Positions 36,674 to 45,465 of a stretch of 64,000 nt of DNA are shown one piece after another. Position 1 is the first letter of the stretch, and each line of letters opens with the position of its first letter. A program made the position numbers and the translations under genes. The DNA is from Candidatus Levyibacteriota bacterium (GTDB lineage Bacteria > Patescibacteriota > Microgenomatia > Levybacterales > UBA12049), in the NCBI GenBank assembly GCA_029260905.1, contig JAJDCH010000012.1, forward strand, positions 2,249-66,248, written 5' to 3'. Below the pieces are notes generated by a model, which saw only the letters and a program-made list of their open reading frames with translations, was not told the origin of the DNA and did no database searches.

Positions 36674-37759
36674 TTATGCTAAGTGTTCGTGTTTAGTACC
36701 CTCAAGTTTTTCAACAAACTTCTTAACCTTTGGTATTGAACTTTTCGGACAAACAAGTGTAACATCATCAGTTTGCACAACAACCATCTCCTCAAGATCA
36801 ATACCTACAACAAGACTTTTACCACCAATATTATAAACAAGTGAATCTGAACTATCCTCAACCAAAACATTGCCTCTTATAACATTATCTTTTTCTTTTT
36901 CGGAAAGTGCCTCCTTGAGCGCCTCCCATGCGCCAATATCGCTCCATTCAATGTTTTCTGAAATAACATATGCATCTTTTGGATCAAGCTTTTCCAAAAT
37001 CACATTGTCAAAATGAATTTTTTCAAGGTCCGGATAAATCTTTCCCAAAACTTCATAAAAATTATCAGTACCCCAAGAATCAACTATTTCTTTAAGTCCT
37101 TTATAAACATCTGGCGCAAACTTTTGATATTTCTTCCACAAAAAATCAGGCGTTGTAACAAAATAGCCCAAATTCCAAGTATGCTCTCCGCTTGTCAAAT
37201 ATCTTTTTGCAGTTTCACTATCAGGCCTGTATTTAAAGTCAACAAATGAATAAAAAGGAATATCGTTTCTACTTGATACAGGGTCACCATGTTTTATCCA
37301 GCCAAGGTTCTCACTTGCAAATCTAGGCTTTTGCGAAACAAAAACAATTCTATCTTTTTCTTCAGTTATTATCTCGCCTGCTGTTTTTAGTATTTTCCTG
37401 AAATGCTTTTCATTTTTAACCAAATGATCACTCCAAAGAATTACCATTGGCTCATCTGGCGCAACTTTAGTTAAGATACCAGCCATCAGACCAACAGCTG
37501 GTCCCACATCCCGCATCTTTGGCTCTCCCACCACATGATCATGGGGAAGATCTGGCAACTGCTTTCTTACTATATCTACATACGATTTTCCTGTTGCCAC
37601 AAATATATCTTCATATTTAAAATCTGGCTGAAGTCTTTCAACTGCCAACTGAAGGGTAGATTTATCCCCAACAATTTTCTCAAACTGCTTTGGAGTGTTT
37701 TTTCTTGAGAGTGGCCACAGCCTGCTACCAACTCCTCCTGCAAAAATCACAATTTTCAT
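36674..37759 (-). CDS. Mannose-1-phosphate guanylyltransferase-like NDP-sugar pyrophosphorylase
   Basis: MKIVIFAGGVGSRLWPLSRKNTPKQF N-terminus, typical of ManC/GMP. Confidence 0.7.
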   Translation of the reverse strand: MKIVIFAGGVGSRLWPLSRKNTPKQFEKIVGDKSTLQLAVERLQPDFKYEDIFVATGKSYVDIVRKQLPDLPHDHVVGEPKMRDVGPAVGLMAGILTKVAPDEPMVILWSDHLVKNEKHFRKILKTAGEIITEEKDRIVFVSQKPRFASENLGWIKHGDPVSSRNDIPFYSFVDFKYRPDSETAKRYLTSGEHTWNLGYFVTTPDFLWKKYQKFAPDVYKGLKEIVDSWGTDNFYEVLGKIYPDLEKIHFDNVILEKLDPKDAYVISENIEWSDIGAWEALKEALSEKEKDNVIRGNVLVEDSSDSLVYNIGGKSLVVGIDLEEMVVVQTDDVTLVCPKSSIPKVKKFVEKLEGTKHEHLA

Positions 37760-37777
37760 ACTTTACACATTATAATA

Positions 37778-38857
37778 TCAAAAAAGATTATTAACAACTA
37801 TTTGAAAACTTTTCTTAAAATTTTCAAATTTAAATTTGCTCGAATTCACCACTGCGCCTTCAGGATTTAGCTTTAGTCCATTAAATTTTTTAATTGCTCC
37901 AATTAGTGATTCTTTGGTTTGCTTTTCAAATAAGATTCCTGTTTTATTATCAATTACAATCTCTCTTGCGCCACCTTTTTCAAAAGCAATAATAGGTTTT
38001 CCAAAAATTTGGGCCTCAATCATCACCAATCCCAAATCTTCATATCCAGGAAAAATAAGCGCCTTACAGCTTCGATAATACTTAATAAGCTCTTCATCGC
38101 TTACTTTTCCAACAAATTCAACAGTTGGTCCTGATATTTTTTTATAATACTCAATATCACCATCACCAACTATCTTGAGGTTAATTCCAAGCTCATTTGC
38201 AGCAGCGATTGCAAGATCAACTCTCTTGTACTTTGTAAACTTCGAAAGCCTGGAAACAACCACGAAGTAATTTCCTTCCCTTGATTCTTGATTCTTGATT
38301 CTTGATTCTAACGTTACTGGTGGATAAACAACATCTGCTTCACGTTTGTAATATTTCTTAATCCTTTTTCTAACCTCCTCTGAGATGGCAACAATCTGGT
38401 CAGGCCTTTTTGATGCCTGCAAATCCCAAATTCTCAAACCATTAATAATTGGTTTTGATAATAAACGCAAAATCTTATTTGAAAAATATTCATCATAACC
38501 ACTCCAAAGATAACGAGTGGGAGTAAGCATATAACAGAGGTGCTTTGTCTTTCCTGTTGTTATTATTCCTTTTGCAGACTCGGACGTAACAGATATAACT
38601 AAATCAAAATCTTTAAAATTAAAAGATTCAAAAGCAAATGGCATAAATGGCGCAAAAAATTGATGATAATTTTTTGCAAAAGGAATATTTTGCAAAAAAG
38701 ATGGATTTACCTTAAAAACTTTAGCCCAGGAAGCCTTGTCTTTGTCATAAACAGATGTAAAAAGAGGAGCATCAGGATACAATTTATGAAGTGCCAAAAG
38801 AACACGTTCTGCTCCTCCCCATTTATTTACCCTATCATAGACAAAAGCTACACGCAT
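37778..38857 (-). CDS. GT4-family (GT-B) glycosyltransferase containing an in-frame heptamer repeat
   Basis: C-terminal EX7E region EDLGLVMIEAQIFGKPIIAFEKGGAREIV. GAATCAA x4 encodes LESRIKNQESRE. Confidence 0.8.
   Translation of the reverse strand: MRVAFVYDRVNKWGGAERVLLALHKLYPDAPLFTSVYDKDKASWAKVFKVNPSFLQNIPFAKNYHQFFAPFMPFAFESFNFKDFDLVISVTSESAKGIITTGKTKHLCYMLTPTRYLWSGYDEYFSNKILRLLSKPIINGLRIWDLQASKRPDQIVAISEEVRKRIKKYYKREADVVYPPVTLESRIKNQESREGNYFVVVSRLSKFTKYKRVDLAIAAANELGINLKIVGDGDIEYYKKISGPTVEFVGKVSDEELIKYYRSCKALIFPGYEDLGLVMIEAQIFGKPIIAFEKGGAREIVIDNKTGILFEKQTKESLIGAIKKFNGLKLNPEGAVVNSSKFKFENFKKSFQIVVNNLF
38281..38308 (-). repeat. GAATCAA x4 (plus strand TTGATTC x4) perfect tandem heptamer inside the GT4 gene
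   Basis: Direct reading. Confidence 0.85.
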
Positions 38858-38901
38858 ATTTTGGCTTATGGCATATAGCTTATGGCATATTGAACCACAA
38901 A

Positions 38902-40077
38902 CTACTTACTACCCGCTACCTCCTTATAAATATTTATTGTTTGTTTTGCCATTTTTTCCCAGGAATACTTCCTAACCCATCCCAGACCCGAGTCAATAAT
39001 TTCTTTTTTCTTTTTATCATCAAGTACATAGACTTCATTCATCTTTTTTGCTATATCCCCAACTGAATTTGGATCAAAATAAAATGCGTGAGTAGAAAGA
39101 ACCTCTCTAAAAACAGCAATATCAGAAACTGCAACCAGAGAACCATGGGATATTGCCTCAACGGGAGTCAAACCAAATCCTTCAGCAAGAGATGGAGAAA
39201 GTAAAGCAATTGAATTCTCATAAAGTCCATAGAGCTCAGCATCTTTTACATTATGTTTAAACACTATGTTTGTGTAATTCTCTTTGTCGATTTTCTCTTC
39301 AAGTTTTTTATAAAAATAATCATCTTTTCCAACAAGAATAAGCATCACATCTTCATTAATATTCGTTCTAAAAACAGAAAATGCTCTTATCAATTTTTCC
39401 AGATTTTTATGCGGATATGCATTCCCAACATATAAAAAGTATGAAGTATTATGTATTAAGTATTTAGTGTTATTTTTTCTTTCCCCTGATGCTTTATGCT
39501 TGCTACTTGATACTGCATAGCCCACTCCCTCATATGTCACTGCAATCTTATCCTCATGAACCCCAAGTGTCTCAATAAGATCTTTCCCAACCGTCTCAGT
39601 TGGAACAATTATTTTCTTTGCTTTATCTACTGCACGTTTTACAACATATTTATAACCAAGCCGCTTGAGATTATACAAAGAAAGGGGAAGAGTGGATGCC
39701 TTGCCTGTCGGGAAATGGCTTATGATCAGATCGTGAATTGTAATAACATACGGCTTTTTATAAAAAGCAGGTGCAGAAAAATATGGAAAGTGCATCAGGT
39801 CAAGCTCCTCTTTATTCAAAATCATGGGAAATCTAACCTGTTCTTCAATTGAATGCCAACGAATATCAGCAATAACAATTTTCCAGTTTTTACTAATTCC
39901 CAATTCCTTACCTGCCTTGCCGGCAAGTAGGTTCCTTATTACTTCATAATCTCTACTGCGGATAAACAAAACATATTCATTGTCTTCATCAATCTTTTGC
40001 AATTCACTAACTAGATTTCTGATATATCTACCAACCCCAGTCTGTCCCCACAGCCTGCAATCAATGCCTATTTTCAT
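38902..40077 (-). CDS. GT4-family glycosyltransferase
   Basis: AEGFGLTPVEAISHGSLVAVSDIAVFREV (EX7E). Confidence 0.8.
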   Translation of the reverse strand: MKIGIDCRLWGQTGVGRYIRNLVSELQKIDEDNEYVLFIRSRDYEVIRNLLAGKAGKELGISKNWKIVIADIRWHSIEEQVRFPMILNKEELDLMHFPYFSAPAFYKKPYVITIHDLIISHFPTGKASTLPLSLYNLKRLGYKYVVKRAVDKAKKIIVPTETVGKDLIETLGVHEDKIAVTYEGVGYAVSSSKHKASGERKNNTKYLIHNTSYFLYVGNAYPHKNLEKLIRAFSVFRTNINEDVMLILVGKDDYFYKKLEEKIDKENYTNIVFKHNVKDAELYGLYENSIALLSPSLAEGFGLTPVEAISHGSLVAVSDIAVFREVLSTHAFYFDPNSVGDIAKKMNEVYVLDDKKKKEIIDSGLGWVRKYSWEKMAKQTINIYKEVAGSK

Positions 40078-40101
40078 GCAATAAGTATAACACAGGAAAG
40101 T

Positions 40102-41013
40102 TTAAGAAGAGTGTTTTCTATGAAAAATATCAATCCCCTTGTTAACCAGCCAATTTACAAACTTCGGATATTTTTTATCATAATTTTTTTTGAAAAAAAT
40201 TCTCATTGCATCAAAGCGGTGGCCTTGCATTTTTTTCTTAATAACATGATCAGCAGTTATTTCATTATGATTCCTATTTCGAATTCCTGATGCAGCACTT
40301 CCCAGATGGATTATGCTAACATCTGGAACAAAATAAATTTTATACCCCAACTTTTTTAAATCAAAACAAAATTGAATATCCTCACCATAAAAAAAATAGT
40401 CTTCGTCCCACCAATTAATTCTTTCACCCACTTCGCGTCTGACAAAAAGAAACGCACCAGATATCACATCTACCTCATGAATTTTTGATAAATCTTTAAA
40501 GCCCTGGATATATCCACCAAACAATTTTGTTTTTGGAAGTATTTTCTCAAGTCGGGAAAAATGAGCAAATGCATTCCAAGGCGTTGGAAATCCACGATGA
40601 CAGGCATCATCAAGTGCACCATCAACTGTTTCGATCCTACAAGTCACAGCTCCAGCATCTTTATTTTCATCCATAAATTCAATCATCTGATTTAAGGTCT
40701 TAGGATTTACAATAGTGTCGGGATTTAGAAACAAAACATATTTGCCATTGGCAAGAGACAATGCTTTATTATTACCCTTTGCAAAACCAATATTTTGCTT
40801 ATTATCAATAACTACAAAGTTTTTAACTTTTGTCTGCTTTTTATATTTTTCAAACACAGCAAGGGATCCATCGGGGCTTGCGTTATCTGCCAAAATAATT
40901 TCAAATTTACCTGATGCAACTTCATGAGGATAATTCTCCTCAATCGATTTCACACAATCAAGCGCTAGGTCTTTCGTATTATAATTTAGAATAATTATTG
41001 ATAATTCTCTCAT
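40102..41013 (-). CDS. GT2-family (GT-A) glycosyltransferase
   Basis: LSIIILNYNTKDLALDCVKSI...ILADNASPDGS (DXD-type). Confidence 0.8.
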   Translation of the reverse strand: MRELSIIILNYNTKDLALDCVKSIEENYPHEVASGKFEIILADNASPDGSLAVFEKYKKQTKVKNFVVIDNKQNIGFAKGNNKALSLANGKYVLFLNPDTIVNPKTLNQMIEFMDENKDAGAVTCRIETVDGALDDACHRGFPTPWNAFAHFSRLEKILPKTKLFGGYIQGFKDLSKIHEVDVISGAFLFVRREVGERINWWDEDYFFYGEDIQFCFDLKKLGYKIYFVPDVSIIHLGSAASGIRNRNHNEITADHVIKKKMQGHRFDAMRIFFKKNYDKKYPKFVNWLVNKGIDIFHRKHSS

Positions 41014-41453
41014 CGTAAATCTTACTCCTTATATCCTACATCTTCATAAACCCGATTTAGTTTCTCAGCTATACTTTTCCAGGTATATTTTTGCTCCACC
41101 AACTTCCGTCCATTTTTACTTATTCTTTCATAAAGTTTTTCATCTTCCAAAAGACTTATGGTTTTTATTGCCAAATCAATTGATAGATCAGATGCCATAA
41201 TGTCCTCATTATCTTTTGCGCCAAGACTATCTGCGCTCATTTTTGTGGTTATAACTGGTGTTCCACAACTCATGCTTTCCAAAATCTTATAACTTGTCCC
41301 ACCACCAACTCTTATTGGAGCAAGCAAGACATCTGCTTTCTGAAAAATCTTCTCAGTTGGCAATTCAGAATTTTTTTCATCGAACAAAATATCTGGATCA
41401 TTTGTTAGATTTTTAATTGAGGTAGAAATTTTTCTCCCCACAACCCACAACTG

Positions 41454-41478
41454 GATCTTTGATCTTTGATCTTTGATC
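41454..41478 (-). repeat. GATCTTT x3.6 tandem heptamer (coding strand GATCAAA), sitting at the frameshift point
   Basis: Direct reading. Confidence 0.85.
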
Positions 41479-41563
41479 TAATTTTTGGCCAGATTTCTTC
41501 AATTATGAATTTTACAGAATCTCTATTTTGTATCCATTTAAAATCTCCAATAAATAGTATCTG

Positions 41564-41596
41564 CTTTGATCTTTGATCTTTGATCTTTGATCTTTG
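41564..41596 (-). repeat. CTTTGAT x4.7 tandem heptamer (second tract of the same unit, translated as QRSKIKDQRSKQ)
   Basis: Direct reading. Confidence 0.85.
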
Positions 41597-42232
41597 GAGA
41601 AACACGAACTTTTCCGTATCCACTCCATTTGAAACAACTTCAGCGCTAGCTCCTGCATCCCTCATCACTTTTTTATCTTCTTCAGAAACAGCAATCAATT
41701 TGTCGGCTTTTTTCCACGAAGCTTCTTCTTCTTTTTTTATTTTTGCGATATCAATATTCAAAAATGGTCGCATAAAAAAAGGCGCTTTGTCAACAAATCT
41801 CTGATAAACCTGATATTCGATATTGTGCTCTGCCAAAACAATTGGAATCTTTGTTGTGGGCAGATTGTGCATGACATAAAATGTTTCAATGTGAATAAGA
41901 TCATATTTATTTTCTTTCAACTCTTTCTCAATCTCTTCTTTAAGCAAAAAATTGGTATGTCCGATTCTTAGAAAAGAATCATTACCCTTTATTGAATAAA
42001 AAACATTTTTCAAAGACCACTGTCTACCTGTCGCAACTGAAATTACTTTTTTACAAATTTTCTGAAGAACTTTTATATCATTATCAGTTATCGTTTGCCT
42101 AAATCTTTTCTCACAAATAAGTGTAATTTCGTGTTTTTTCGACAACTCTTTTAAGAGATTAAATAGCCGCACTTGTCCACCAGAATACAAAGGGTATGGA
42201 AAATAAGATGAAACAACAAGTATCTTCATAAA

Positions 42233-43990
42233 TTATGAATCAACAATAAAACCTTTTACTTGATGATCCCACATAGTCTTAAATACTCCATTTTTTTTCT
42301 TTAAAAGCCTGTTCGGATCTCCGTCTTCAACAATTTTTCCTTCATTTATCACTATAATTCTGTCCATTTTCTTTAAGGTTGAGAGTCTATGCGCTATTGC
42401 AACTACGGTTCTTTTTTTCATCAACTTCTCCAAAGACTCCTGAACAGCATGCTCACTTTCACTATCAAGGCTGCTTGTTGCTTCATCAAGAATTAAGATT
42501 GGAGCGTTTTTGATAAAGGCTCTTGCAATTGCAATCCTTTGCCTTTGCCCTCCTGACAGCTTCACCCCGCGCTCTCCAACAAGTGTATCATAACCCTTTG
42601 GAAGCTTCATTATAAAATCATGCGCCTGCGCCAATTTAGAAGAATTTATCACATCATTTTCAGAGGCAGAAGGATTACTATAGATTATGTTTTCTCTTAT
42701 ACTTCTATGAAACATGCTTGTATCTTGAGGAACAAAAGCAATCGCACGTCTCAAGCTATCAAGTGTTACGAGTGAAATATTTTGGCCATCAATTTTTATC
42801 TCGCCTTTTCTTATATCAAAATGACGAAGAATTAGAGATACGAAAGTTGTTTTACCCGCACCAGATCTTCCAACCAGTCCCACCTTTTCACCAGATAATA
42901 TTTTTAAAGAAAAGTCTCTAAATATTCTGGTATTATCATATTCAAACGTTATATTATCAAAAACAATATCTCCTTTTTCCGCCCTTAAATCAACCGAGCC
43001 TTTTCTGTTGACAATTGAATGTTCTTTTAAAATCTCAGAAAGTCCTTCTTTTGTTTTTCCATAATTTTCAGCTGTATCTCTTAGCTGTTCACCGATAAAA
43101 AACAACTGACTTGACATTTCTGTAACTATTGCAATAACCATCACAATCACTCCGATACTAATCAGTTCGTTCTGGAAAAGATAAATAGATGTTCCTATCA
43201 TCATAAAAATAAAACCAAAAATTAAGATTCCGTTTATTGTAAGCGTGTACTCAAAATATCTCCATTGCTTAAGGCCAGTATCGTGTTGATTTTTAACAAA
43301 TCCGCCTATATATTTCCTTTCGCCCGATACTGAAGCATATTCATGAACCAGGGAAATGTTGGATAAAGAGTCAACTATTCTTCCTTTTAATGCTGACAGT
43401 GATGAGGCAAATTTATAAGCATGAGGTTGTAGAATTTTTGCAAACCAGATATTTGCACCCAGAAAAAGAACTGCCCAAGCTACGATAATAACACCAAGCC
43501 TGAAATCGCTTTGCCATGCAATCCCAACATACCATACAAGCCCGACAATAAGTGGTAAAAACTGCCACAAAATTTTTTCAAATATTGATTCAGCGCCATC
43601 AACAGCATTCGAAACTTTATTCGTAAGCGCTCCTGCAAATCTACTATTAAAGTAATCCTTGCTATGCAGAGTTAAGTATTCATAAAGTTTTCTATATGCA
43701 GATGTCCTCAAATTCATAAACCACTGCATTCCCGTGAACCCACTTCCTCTCCAAAATATATGAGCCACAAGATAAAAAATAGGGTATAAAACACCCCACA
43801 CCCAGACTGTTTCAATACTAATTGGGTCTGCTGCAACTGAATCTGTCAAATTTCTAAGAACTATAATACCTATCCTCTCACTAGCAGTTGCAAGAAATAC
43901 GAATATCAATGCGCTTATCGCCCATTTCTTATGAATTTTGGTAATAAAAAGTCCAAATGAGATTGGATTTTTGGGAATCTTATTTTCCAT
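42233..43990 (-). CDS. ABC exporter, fused permease-ATPase (MsbA/PglK-like), a candidate lipid-linked oligosaccharide flippase
   Basis: Six-TM N-terminal domain, Walker A GRSGAGKTT, signature LSGGQRQRIAIARA, Walker B ILILDEATSSLD. Confidence 0.85.
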   Translation of the reverse strand: MENKIPKNPISFGLFITKIHKKWAISALIFVFLATASERIGIIVLRNLTDSVAADPISIETVWVWGVLYPIFYLVAHIFWRGSGFTGMQWFMNLRTSAYRKLYEYLTLHSKDYFNSRFAGALTNKVSNAVDGAESIFEKILWQFLPLIVGLVWYVGIAWQSDFRLGVIIVAWAVLFLGANIWFAKILQPHAYKFASSLSALKGRIVDSLSNISLVHEYASVSGERKYIGGFVKNQHDTGLKQWRYFEYTLTINGILIFGFIFMMIGTSIYLFQNELISIGVIVMVIAIVTEMSSQLFFIGEQLRDTAENYGKTKEGLSEILKEHSIVNRKGSVDLRAEKGDIVFDNITFEYDNTRIFRDFSLKILSGEKVGLVGRSGAGKTTFVSLILRHFDIRKGEIKIDGQNISLVTLDSLRRAIAFVPQDTSMFHRSIRENIIYSNPSASENDVINSSKLAQAHDFIMKLPKGYDTLVGERGVKLSGGQRQRIAIARAFIKNAPILILDEATSSLDSESEHAVQESLEKLMKKRTVVAIAHRLSTLKKMDRIIVINEGKIVEDGDPNRLLKKKNGVFKTMWDHQVKGFIVDS

Positions 43991-44023
43991 AAATAAATTA
44001 TAGCAGAATACGAGGCTAAAAGT

Positions 44024-45454
44024 TTATTTTCTAATATCAAAAATTACATATTGAGAATCACTCTTTATAATATTATACTGCCTAGCAAAATTTAGCTCAT
44101 TTTTTCCTGGGTTAACAAGGATCATATAATCAGCTCCTTTTTCTACCATTTCTTCGACTGAGTTTTGCTGACTCGCCCAACCTTTTCTCTTAGTCTGATA
44201 CAGAAATGATGTGTCTCCATCATAGACTGCAATTACTTTTGCACCCCTTGGAGTCAAACGATCAACTGCCATGCCAGCTGCAATTATAGATCTATTGTTG
44301 ATATTAAAGTAATCCTTTATCTGATTCCAGCCAAAATAGAAAAGACAGAATATGCAAGTCAACAAAATTACTTTACCTAGGGTTGATTTATACAAATAAA
44401 AACTTCCTATTGCAAAAATGATCGAAAGACTGGGCATGATGAGAATCTGATAATAGTCATGCTGCACATTTCCTGTTGCAAAAACAGTCACATAAAATAT
44501 AGAACTGATCAAAAAAGAAGATAAAAAAATCCATTCTTTGAGCATACGAATTTTCCATATCCCAAAAAACAAAATCACAACACCTAGATATCCACTAATT
44601 AATTTTATTATTCTTTCATAGCCAATCCAACGGAAAAAGGAAGGCCTAAAACGAATCCCATTTCCATTTAAAAGCCACTTACCCGCTGGCACACCTTCAG
44701 GAAACTGCATAATCCAGATCCTCCAAAACGCCAATGGCGTTACTGTCAAAATGGCAAAAAGCCAGAGTTGCCATTTTTTTAAAAACCCCCAACCCCATTT
44801 TTGATAAGAAAGAACAATCATCGGAAGTGTAAAAAATAATGCATAAGGCTTGAGAAGAAAAGCTGATGCAGTAAATATTGTTGCCAGTAAAAAATATATT
44901 GTGCTTTTGGTTTTGAGCTTTATGCTTTTTCCAATCCACAGATCAAAAAAATAAACACCACCCAGAATTGCAGCTACCATCAAAGTATCAGGCAAGATCG
45001 TCCTTCCATAATAAATGTTATAAGGAATAAATGCGTAAAAGAAACTACTTAAAAGTCCAAGCATTTTATTACTTTTTCTTGCAACAATCAAATATAAAAA
45101 CAGGGACGAGAAAACAGAAGAGATTATACTAACCAACCTTCCCCATTCTTCAAGCGTAAAAAAACCAAATGTCTTAAATAAAAATGCTTGTTTGATGTTA
45201 TAAATCGGAAACTCCACCATCCTATATCCTTCGGGGTTATCTATCCCTGATGGAACATTTGAGAGATCATGGTATTTGGGATGAAGTATGTCAAATCCCT
45301 TTTCAACAAATTCTCTTGAAACACTGGAGGTGTCAGCCTGGCGCCAACTATGCCAGTCAGCAATAGGACTATCAAACCTGTAAAGACGCACCAAAAATCC
45401 ACCAATTAAAATCAAAACGAGGATAAAAATATGTAGCTTTTTCTTTGAAAACAT
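44024..45454 (-). CDS. GT-C-fold glycosyltransferase, family 39/83-like (ArnT/PMT-like)
   Basis: Polytopic protein whose N-terminal loop motif DWHSWRQADTSSVSREF is typical of GT39-annotated proteins. Confidence 0.55.
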   Translation of the reverse strand: MFSKKKLHIFILVLILIGGFLVRLYRFDSPIADWHSWRQADTSSVSREFVEKGFDILHPKYHDLSNVPSGIDNPEGYRMVEFPIYNIKQAFLFKTFGFFTLEEWGRLVSIISSVFSSLFLYLIVARKSNKMLGLLSSFFYAFIPYNIYYGRTILPDTLMVAAILGGVYFFDLWIGKSIKLKTKSTIYFLLATIFTASAFLLKPYALFFTLPMIVLSYQKWGWGFLKKWQLWLFAILTVTPLAFWRIWIMQFPEGVPAGKWLLNGNGIRFRPSFFRWIGYERIIKLISGYLGVVILFFGIWKIRMLKEWIFLSSFLISSIFYVTVFATGNVQHDYYQILIMPSLSIIFAIGSFYLYKSTLGKVILLTCIFCLFYFGWNQIKDYFNINNRSIIAAGMAVDRLTPRGAKVIAVYDGDTSFLYQTKRKGWASQQNSVEEMVEKGADYMILVNPGKNELNFARQYNIIKSDSQYVIFDIRK

Positions 45455-45465
45455 TTATCTTAATA

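Larger units (their letters stand above)
41022..42229 (-). pseudogene. GT4 glycosyltransferase split into two ORFs (41405-42229 N-domain, 41022-41450 C-domain) by a frameshift at a GATCAAA heptamer tract. Either phase-OFF or a pseudogene
   Basis: The N-domain ORF ends ...KIRSKIKDQRSS followed by junk. The C-domain ORF continues (L)WVVGRKI...ESMSCGTPVITT in another frame. Repeat tracts lie at 41454-41478 and 41564-41596. Confidence 0.6.
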
